Assembly (NCBI GenBank): GCA_051294905.1
Contig: CM119375.1
Coordinates: forward strand, 1,240,001 to 1,304,000
Length of the DNA: 64,000 nt
From: Botryllus schlosseri
Lineage: Eukaryota
Direction of reading: 5' to 3'
The position numbers were made by a program, and so were the translations under genes. This document shows, in pieces, positions 53,885 through 64,000 of this stretch. Below the pieces are notes generated by a model, which was given only the letters and a program-made list of their open reading frames with translations, did no database searches and was not told the origin of the DNA. Position 1 is the first letter of the stretch. Every line of letters begins with the position of its first letter.

Positions 53885-56669
53885 TTGTAGCTATTTCTCC
53901 GAATGCGCGTTATCACACTAACTCCTTGGCCCTTCGCCAGACTATATACGGTGACCAGCAATCTTACAGTAGCTATACAATATATGCTCTCTGACCATGC
54001 ACTTGAACACGATGTAAACATTTTTGATTGCGGTCTGCAACCCGTAATATTCAAGTCCAAACATCTCATCAACCCTTGCCGCCCGTGCAATCGCAATGCT
54101 CCAGGCAAGAACCACTTAAAGTTTACTAAACGACTGCTGAAGTCCCGCTCGGTAATTGATCGCTGAAGGCTGGATGTCACAAAACATCTCGACTCGACAG
54201 ATTTCAAGGACACTTCAGCGCGCTGCGCGGTACCACGGCGATTTTCGCAAATGCGGGATTGATCTCGATGTCGCGACTCGACGAAGTATTGATAATGCTC
54301 GCTCATTCGGAAAACAGATTAACATTTACTCTGTCGGTGCATTTACGCGATTACGAATGATCGTGAATTAGCCACAAATATTTATACATTGAAATAACCA
54401 TACACATCGTGTATTCAACCAATTTCTACAGTAGGGTGGGCTAAAATCTAATAAAAGACACTTTCTGGTGGAAATTTTTGCTTTTATACCACTCAAAAGG
54501 GGTGCAAATTTGTCAAATACCGATTAATATGGGGACACATGCCAGACTTGTACGAACTATACTGAATTTTCAGAACTTTTCACAACTATAACTGGAGCTG
54601 GAACAACTCACTTTTCGAAATATGCAACTAGAACCAGAACTAGAAGTACTTACTGTAACTACAACAACTTCTCACTCCTGAAAATCCGCAACTAGAACTA
54701 GAATTACTCGAAAAAAAGAAGTTACTTGTCCGTCAAGGCACTAGATTGGTAGTTCGTGCAAGTCTGCGATATATCCATATTCATAAGAATTGGGATACTG
54801 TACTCGTTTTAACCAACTGGAATAAGTATGACGGTAAAGTTTGGTACCAGAAAGTGCAAATTTGTATACTAGGCTATGGTGCCAATCTGTTTATTAAACC
54901 CATTTCCCAGCCACGCATTTACAGTGTATCAACAACAGTTCGAAAACACGATTATAAAATTTCACCGTGAATCATCAAAACCTCTCTTCCTATACTACGA
55001 GGCTGCCAACATTACGTTGCATCAGAGTGCCAGCACACTTCTAAAATCTACTGGATTGATTTTCAAAATACGCAACTAAAACTACTCACTTTTCAAACTA
55101 GCAACTAGAACTAAATAACTCGCAACTAAATAGATTCAATTCTGAAGCATCTTATCGGAATCGGATCGCCATTTCGCGTGACCATCAGTGCAAGTTTGAA
55201 ATGTAAAGTTTTAGACCCCTAAACTCCACCCCCTGGCTACGCCACTGTTAGTAGTCATGACTCTGAGCTAGCAATGGCTGCAAGAACATCACACAACGGA
55301 TCACCGCGCAACTAGAACTTAAAGTACCTCGCAACTAGAAATCGAAATAGAACTATCAAGAAGTTATTAGTTGACCGCCAACTAGATTGGAAGTTTGTAC
55401 TGTGTCGTGCAATGTTTCGTAAATCGGCCGCAAATACTTGACATACGCGCGCGGTTCGCGCGCAGACATCTCTATTCTAACAGATCTTCTGTTAATACCC
55501 GACTGGCGAAAAGGTTATCTGCATTAATACCGCGACGAAATCGCAGGTGCCATTCATGGGTCGCAAGCACGATTAGCGACACATTTTAATCCATTCCAGA
55601 TTGATGGTTATCGCGCGACGGCGAGCTTTCAGACGCGCGATTTTGCCGCTACAAGCGAGTCAATATTTGATTGTCACACATCGTACGGTACACAGTTAAC
55701 GTTATACGACTTGTACCTGCGTGGGTGAAGAGTGTCTGTGCTACAGAAATAGATTGCGAAAGTCTGCGACTGTACGAATGGTTGCGAAACGCTATTCTGC
55801 ACAGTGCACAATGGCGATAATCTGACAGTCACGGGCGGGTGCTAATGAATTCACACTGGATATTGGATATATCTTCCACATGGTCGATCAAAACAGTGGG
55901 TCACGCACCCAACATGTTCCGCATTCGGTTTAAACTAGGAGAGCAATGTAGTGACGGATTTTGACTTCAAATGAAACGACAATCAGCTGCCTTGGCTTGT
56001 AGGCAAAATGCGTAAATGCATTAATCGAACGTTCATTACAAGAGTTGGGAGACTACTAAATTTTCATCTTGTCCAAATTAGATTAGAATTAGAATTACTG
56101 AATCCGAAAAACTTGGTAATTGAATTAAATTCTCACTGGAATGAAGTACAACAAAACAGTTTTCCTGTAGCATGTTCAGGTAAACCAGAATTAGGTTAGA
56201 ATATAAATTATCTGTAGTTGTCCAAGCCTGCTCAGTGCTCAGTATTAACAGACTAATATCCGCTATGATTACCTGAAGTCCGTCAACATCGCTGTAAGCT
56301 ATAATTGGGCGGTATTTATGCAGTTTTTACATTGGTGCTAAGACAGGGTTTACATGCAATTTCGTCGTAATGAGTTGTATAACCGAAGGAGGTTGGAAGG
56401 AGGAACGATAAAACATTCACACACGAATCCAAATCTGACTTAAATCTAAGCCGATCCGATGTTTAAGCAGACTTAATATTCCGTATACAGTTATACACTC
56501 AATACTGAAAACCGTACCAGGTTTGTACAAACTATCGGCTTTTCAAAACTTGTGCAAACTACCGGCTTTTCAAAACTAGCAACTAGAACCAGAACTCAAC
56601 TGAAGTAGAACACTAGAACTAATTAGATTCAATTCCGAAGCAACTAGTATGAATTAGCTCTAAAAATAT

Positions 56670-56960
56670 CGTATATAGAATAGGGCTCTTCAAAAATGAC
56701 TTTTTTCTCAAATCGCACTGGCTACTTGATAAAATTGTTAGATGACCTAATTTAAGCCTACACACCAAATTTGGTTCAATTCCAACCAGTAGCCGCATTG
56801 CTACAGGAGAAGAAAGTTTCTATTTATCATATAAAAATAGATAACAAAAAATTTGAAAATGTTATGTTCACCCCACGAAAGTGTTAGGTTGTCTATGGAA
56901 ACGATGTTCACCAAATTTGGTTCAATTTCATTCAACCAGTGGGAGCGGAGTTATTGCCGT
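56670..56960. repeat. Partial copy of the 43.4-44.0 kb fold-back family
   Basis: TAGGGCTCTTCAAAAA terminus and two CACCAAATTTGGTTCAATT..AACCAGT cores. Confidence 0.7.
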
Positions 56961-59900
56961 CGGAAAATTTGGATGGGAGGGATTTCGTCCCCTAGTCCTA
57001 CTCCCTGGCTACGCCACTGTTAGTAGTGATGACTCTGGAACTAGAACTACTCACTTTCTAAAATCCGGAACTATAGCTAGATTTTGAGCTAGTCACTTTC
57101 AAACTACCGGTACCCGTCACCTAACTAGACTGTTAGTTTTCACAAGTCCGGACCTTACTGTCAACTAACGCTATACATGTAATGATTTCCGAACGTTAGC
57201 GAACAAGACTTATCTCACATCGACTACAATTAGGCGCGCTCACCACGCTCAAAATCAGGAAATCGCGGGTTACGACGACAGGCGAATTACCAGCTAATCG
57301 CCGGGCCATTATCACGAATCCAACTCGTATCGTAACAAAACACGAAGACGAATAATTACACCGCACGGGATAAACGCCGAGAATTTGCGGACAAATTGCA
57401 CCGAAGAAGGATAACGTGGATTAGGATAAGGTTTAAAGCAGACAAGCGAAGTTACACGCAAATTTGACGACTTACAAGCTACTTGTAGCATAGGAGCGTT
57501 TCAACTCGGTTAATGTTACACAAACGATCATCAGATCAAGCCTCGTTTCATGGGATTTGGAAGATCAAGCGTCTTCATTGGAAGAAAACTAGTATACCCA
57601 ATCCAGTACACCTGTTTGTGTGTAACAGGGTGAATGTGTGTGTAGCAGGGTGAATGGTTTTAAAGCGTGTTTACATAGCAAGGTCGCGCTGCGTGCACAC
57701 TGTACAATGTGTACGTACAGTGCATTAATGACCACGATGCATAAGACTGGCATGGTTTGTGGAAGTGGTCACAGCGTTGCGACTTAATTATAAGTTAGAA
57801 GTAACGCCCCAAATTTTTACCGACTGCAGGTAGAACAAGGAATGCCAAGGCACGTTAAATCCGCCTATTGAAGTAGAGAATCGATGGTTTAAAAATAGAT
57901 TAGGTCAGAGAAATTGCAAGAATCGTCGCGACTTACGCCAAATGACCAATGACACTACAAATATAATAATATAATATTTGAAAACATAGTCAGCCAACGT
58001 AATACAGTGGCAATTTTGCGTGGCTCCTATGAAGATTCTACTCATAAAAGTTTATCACAGGACTACTTTCAACTTAGGAAATTCTAAGTGTAAAAAGCGA
58101 GCAGTTTTAACAAGAATCTGTTCAGCTAGAAGTGGAAATAATCTAAAACAAAACCACTCGAAACGGTAGCGCAAACAGGGAAAACCTTCTTGAGAACTTC
58201 GAAAAAGCAGAAGTGTACTCCGTTACTGATCCCATTTTTTGGTGGACGAAGGTCAGTATAGCAAATGCGCGGAAGCCAAGCAATCAGTGACCGCGAAATC
58301 TCAAACCAAAAGAAAACGCGGGCACCAGAATAAGAATTTTCGTAGTGTCAATATGATCAAAACTTCCAATTTTGAAATCACTTCGCGGGTATTTATTCAA
58401 ACCGTGGACAACTAGTGGTGTTGATCTCGATTAGATCTTAACGTACTTGAGTTTAGAGTCCATTGACGAGGGCGCCGGTTCGCACCTGCGCGATACGGTC
58501 TCGGATTGTTGAAGGATTATGAACATCGAGTGCTTTTCTTCAAGTTGGGCGGCTTGTTATGAACTTATGATCGACATTTTAATGGGAAAATCGCCACGCT
58601 TCAATTCGCTCATATAATCGTACTGTGGTTAACTGCTGCCAATGTGACCATGAGGTAAAACTCTCATTAGAAGGGGCACGACACAAAGCCGATCAACAAG
58701 CACCCCCAAGAACTCAGTCTGTCTAGCACGGTGGTTCAACCATGTTAGGTACTGGACTGGTAAAATTTCAAAATCAAAACTAAAACATACACAAATTGAA
58801 ATTACGTCTAAATATATGCAACTCGAATGAAAATATTCGAAACGCGAATTAAATGGGAAATTCGCTGCTGCCTCTGGGAAATTACAAGCAGACTTGAACA
58901 ATTAGTTCTAGCTGTCAAAGTGAAATGTTGGTATCGAATTCTTACCTAATTTGTGAAATGGTTATACCTACGCTGAGAGAACTGAACAGTATGCAACGAG
59001 CCAAGCTCATGTGCATTGTGCATACATTTGCCATGTGAACTGTGATTTGATATGAGCTCAGCTCGATTCAATCACCCAAGTTCTCGCAAATCCAGTAATT
59101 CTAATCTTTTCTTGAAAGAATGTGTAGCTCTATTTCTAATCTAATTTGGAAAGATGAAAAATTCCTAGTTGATGCACCCTGATTCCAAATCATGCAGTGG
59201 GTTCCATTGAAGTTTATGAAAATCGAAGTCCTGTTAAAACTACCAACTTGGTTTTCACTGCCCGGTTTCTTTTGAAAGAACTTTTGCTTTTTGCTACATT
59301 CTCTTACAATGCCAAATGCCGCTAAATTTTATTGTCAACATTCAACTCATTTTGTTTGAAAAACTTTCAGATATAACTGGTCGTTAACGAGATGTAAGCT
59401 ACTTCTAAGATGAACAGTTTTAACGTACGCCAAGTCCATTTAAATCAATTTAGAACTTCAGGAATCATTTCTCTACTTAATGAACAAGTGTGATAATTCT
59501 TGGATGTTGTATTGAGATAAAAATATATTAGTCGGACCGGTTACGGTAGTTGAAAACCGCTGGTCTAGAGTCCGGTCCGGCCGCGAGACAGGTTACATCA
59601 CTTCTGATTCGGAGTCGCGAAATTCGATTCGAGGTTAGGCGGCGATGTCTCGACCCGTCTGAACTACATTCACACTAATTGAGTCTTATGGGATGGTGGA
59701 AATATGAAATTCGTACATCCTAGTACTAGATATACCTTCATAGAAACTCAACGCGGAACTTATTCATAATTCAATATAGCAATTGAATAACCTCGGTTGT
59801 GCCATGATCTCGGAGACCACTTACTTGCTATGCATCCTGCATTTTACGCGATACTTTGGGCCTATCTATCACATTTACTACCTTCTCGAACAGCTGATCG

Positions 59901-61109
59901 CCAATTAGAAAGAACAATCGCGAGAATGGCAGCACACTTCATAGTTACAACTTACAACACCCTAATGTAAACATAGACAAAGACTCTAGTCTGCTCAAGC
60001 TTACGACTCACGGCCGTGACAACGACAATCCTTACAATCTATACACATTACACACCCTGAATCATAAGGTCAAATGCCACCACCTTATTCGCGGCAAATA
60101 CCCACTTAAATCGCACATTATTTCGGTACATATTCAACCATCGAATCTGCGGATCTGTCAAGACAAGAACCGGCTGGAATGTGATTCGCGATACAGAACG
60201 TCACCATTCGACGGTTCAGTGCTGCATAATAAAAGCATACCATTCAACTCGCTGACTTTGTTAACTATAGCACGCAATGCAACAAAGATGTGACATTTTT
60301 AATCCCCAACTGCTAACACAGGGATTTCTGTCTGCCCGTGATCGTCCAACCAAAGCGACCATGCTGGACTGCTGGTATACGATTATGAGATCATCCATTT
60401 ATTATCTTTCGCGCTAGCCGATGGACTCCAACTGCGATATCAAATGCGGATGTCTGCATTCGCACTTATTCAGGATATTTCTTAACAAGTCTCAAATTAA
60501 AGCAATATGTTTGATAGCAAGTCGGATGTCTGTCGGGAAAGTGTCGCTATCGACAGTCGTTGATTAAAACCTATCCTATTATACGCTCTTTGTTAACAGA
60601 AACAAGCGCATTACGACACGGCCACGCCCCTAACGTGATATTAACATACATATGATTCACAACGTACGCCGTTAATAGACACCTTGACGTTGTGCGTAGA
60701 AAAGTTGCTATGGACGTTGTGTTGCCATATTATACTGTATTGCACCTGTCATCTCAGTTAAAATAACACTGTGCCAATATAGAACGATACTAAATTCCAC
60801 CGCAATGTAAATTGCGTAATCCACGAGGCGTAATCCACGAATGATATCCACTAATTATGACGCGCAGTCGGATGTACGGCGTACGTATGGTCGAGGGAAA
60901 TACTATTCGGTTTATCCGAGTCAATTGCGGTTGGCGGTTGAGTCTAACATTTCTCAATGTATCCTCGAAATTGCCCTAAGCGAATTATTCACAGACTGTG
61001 AATTCCCCACCAATATCCCTGAAAAACCATGTTTTCACAGTAATTATTCTCAATACAGTGAGTACAGCTAACGGCGAAGTTGAGACAGTACGCAGTTGGC
61101 CGCCATTGG

Positions 61110-61510
61110 CAGACTTGGATAACTCATCAATTCTATAGTTGCCTGATTAGATTTATTATTATACCGAAATGCCGATAATATAATTATATCATGATTTAGT
61201 GAAATGCCTTTGTGCTCTTCGTGTCAATTCAAATCTAATGTGGTTTTCCTGAAAATGATACAGTTCAATGCAACAGGAGAACTGTACCCGGCGAAACGAA
61301 CCGAGCTTGGTGTACAGACATTTTCCATTCTCTTGCTTATGGAATCAACTTCGATTCGATACGAACTGAACTCGATTCGATACGAACTGAACTTGATTCT
61401 TGCTGTATCTCTTTATACTTCCCAATAATTATAATTCTAATCTAATTTGAAAAGAAACTGTAGCTATCATTCTAATGCTAATCTAATTACGAAATCCTGG
61501 AAAAGTTGTC
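61110..61510. mobile_element. Family D interspersed repeat (core GTATAGTGCGAAACGAGCCAAGCTTGGTGTACAGACATT...GTGCTTATGAG with AATTCTAATCTAATTTG arrays)
   Basis: Copies seen at about 6600-6745(-), 24730-24895(-), 26265-26400(-), 29260-29320, 30755-30945, 34740-34950, 37900-38225, 41455-41640(-), 56070-56225(-), 58885-59170, 61110-61510 and 63060-63372(-). Several have GCAGACTTG(G/A)ACAA..AG / AGTTGTCCAA termini. Confidence 0.8.
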
Positions 61511-62606
61511 CAACTATCTTCTAAGGTATATGTATTGATTACCGGCAGACACATACAAGTCACTAATGTATAGTCGCTGTTAGTTGAGTGCTAATCTCGA
61601 AATTACAAAACATTCTCTGACTGCATTGTTTAAGATTCACGGGGAGTAGAGAAACTCACTAATAAAATACCACATGATTTCCATTACCATAAGTTTTATG
61701 CTGACTGCATTTTCTGACAAATGCTCGGAATCTCGAAAGGGGGTTCCTGTACTGATAACGATTGTATTTACTCTAGTTGATGCCATACGAAAATGAACAT
61801 ACGAGTGAAATATAAAACAGTCCTACGCAACAAGAGTCTACGCCTCCTCAAACTCCAGGACAGGGAGACATGGTTGCGGATTATGTAGTCCGTAAAACAA
61901 CAACAATCCCTCCTACCATAAACGCCGCGTGAATAGGCCGATAGCGTCAGACGAATCTATCTTCAATACAACAACTAAATGGTAAAGGGCCCACTTGAAC
62001 GAGAGTATTCACGAGCAAACAGCTCCAAAAGGATCAATGATTAACGCAACGCGGTTAGCACTACAGCGACGAACGTGTCAATGGGACGATGCCGGATTGC
62101 GAAAACTTGGGAGACCATCGTTGTCAGTCGGTCGTTTAAGACGCCGAGGCGGGAAAACAACACTTATTCGACAAATTGCTAAGTAAATCTTTACGATTAA
62201 ATAATATATACATTATTCATATTAAAATAAACCCGAATATTCTCGCCTGACACTAGTCAGGGGCAATCGTAAGCAATTATTAGAGAACGCTGTGTGTATA
62301 CCGTATCAACAATCGTATCACAAATCCTTACGATGCCAATTCTTTCAGAGCGGGTAACCATCCTAGCTATATTAAACCCGACTGCATCTCGGGGTTTTTG
62401 TTCGCAAGGCTGGGAAAATCGAGTATTGAGTGATTGGATTCTTAATCGAGTATGAGGTTTCTATTCTAGTTAAAATGAAAACAATACCAGTTCCACATAA
62501 CATTAGAGATAATAATTTGAGATTTTCCAACTGTACATACTTCATTGCATTTTGTGACACAAATTCAAATTCGAAGAGCTTCTTTGAGGTACAGAACTTC
62601 AATATA

Positions 62607-62818
62607 CAATTGAATAGTATATTCATATTGAAATGAATCCGAATATTTTGGGCTGAGACCAGTCGGGGGTAATCACCAGCAACTAGTTATATTTTGGTGA
62701 TACGATTGTTTATATACAATGTTCTTTCCAATCCTCTAACGAGTTGCTGACGATTACCCCTGACGTGTGTCAGCCGAAAATATTCGGGTTTATTTCAATA
62801 TGAATATACTATTCATTT
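62607..62818. mobile_element. MITE family A, complete palindromic copy
   Basis: TA|CAATTGAATAGTATATTCATATTGAAATGAATCCGAATATTTT...CAGCAACTAG, then the mirror arm ...GTTGCTGACGATTACCCCTGACGTGTGTCAGCCGAAAATATTCGGGTTTATTTCAATATGAATATACTATTCA. Confidence 0.85.
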
Positions 62819-63059
62819 AGATTCACATTCCACTAAAGTGCCTTGATTTGTGCCTGTGTAAGATAACGCTGCGACAGGATTAGTCGACATTTCAAGGGTT
62901 TCACTGTCGGAAGGAAGACAGTATAGAAACTGCAATTATATAAACTTCGCTCCTGACGCTACCAACTGTTTCGTTTCAATGCCGATCGCGTTCTTGAATT
63001 CTGGCGACCGTGAGCCGGAATCGGTAATTACTATAATTTGTCAGCTTTTCAAGATTAGA

Positions 63060-63372
63060 TTATAATTATAATTATTGTGACACGGTCTATACTAAATCGA
63101 ACTATAACTAGACTCATAGCAACACAGTTCTATCCAAATTGGATTAGAATTAGAATTACTGAATTCGCGAAAACTTTAGTTCGTATCAAACCAGAGTTCG
63201 TCCTCATAAGCACGAGAATTGCAAATGTCTGTACAGCAAGCCTGGCTCGTTTCGCACTATACAGCTTCTCAGGAAAACCAAAAATTCGATTAGAATTCAT
63301 ATAAGAGGAAGAAAAAATTTCACAAATTAGATTAGCATTAGAGGGCATTTATAACTAGTTGTCCAATTCTGC
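63060..63372. mobile_element. Family D repeat, inverted copy
   Basis: CTCATAAGCACGAGAATTGCAAATGTCTGTACAGCAAGCCTGGCTCGTTTCGCACTATACAG; ends CTAGTTGTCCAATTCTGC. Confidence 0.8.
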
Positions 63373-64000
63373 GAGTTGAGAATGCAGAGTCATATCTAAC
63401 ACCGCTCCGCCGCTAAATAACCAGAAAGCTACCACTGTTTGCCGCAAAGTTCTGCGCTCGCTTTCGGCACAAAATCCGACTGAATAAATAGCCGCTGGAA
63501 CCCCACTCGCACAAGATTCCAGCAGATGAGTCAGCTAATCGCTAAGAAAGCGATGATCGAGGGGAATACAATCCCGGGCAACTTCACAAGAGATCCGATT
63601 TAGCGTCGAATACATCGCAAGTGCGCCAAAACGATTTAGTAGCACAGCGTCATATATACGGCGCCGTTCCCAAGTTCGTTACAGCAGAGCGACGTCACCC
63701 ATAGCGCGTATATATCAGACCAGTGGTTCTCAATATTTAATAACTTGGCGAACGCCTAGGCTAATCCGCAGGCCTTCGACGAACCCTAAAATTTCGCCTA
63801 GTCACAAAAACAAATCTACCACTGACACATATAATGCATGACTACAGAATATACTGCTGTTGAAACAGTGCAACTTCTACTGCCTTGGTCGTGTGTGTTT
63901 AACCTCCTGCGTACCCGAGACTGGCTCAGTGAGCTACGGCAAGATAGTTACATAGTTACGCGAGGCAAAATTGACTTCTGAATTCATATCACGTCAAATC

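Overview
AT-rich, intron-containing metazoan genomic DNA. The species cannot be determined from the window; gene structure and content are compatible with an invertebrate chordate such as a tunicate. I reconstructed three protein-coding genes by hand, all on the minus strand. (1) V-ATPase V1 subunit B: 9 exons in 311-5543, last exon beyond the left edge. (2) A divergent clathrin light chain with an intronless CDS (7136-7756). (3) A 17-exon NHS/NHS-like (Nance-Horan, WAVE-homology family) gene at 15617-49608, about 1428 aa, which the ORF track shows only as fragments. The NHS-like gene has a candidate MGN- (myristoylation-type) first exon and several candidate alternative or poison exons. Between the clathrin and NHS-like genes lie two adjacent decayed DNA transposons: a Kolobok-type element with TTAA target-site duplication (TSD), and an ISL2EU-like element with YqaJ-exonuclease and THAP remnants. 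The introns carry dozens of non-autonomous DNA elements (MITEs) from at least six families, including hAT copies with TSDs and long fold-back palindromes. No rRNA, tRNA or CRISPR array is supported. All exon models rest on GT-AG sites, phase continuity and motif recall, with no transcript evidence.
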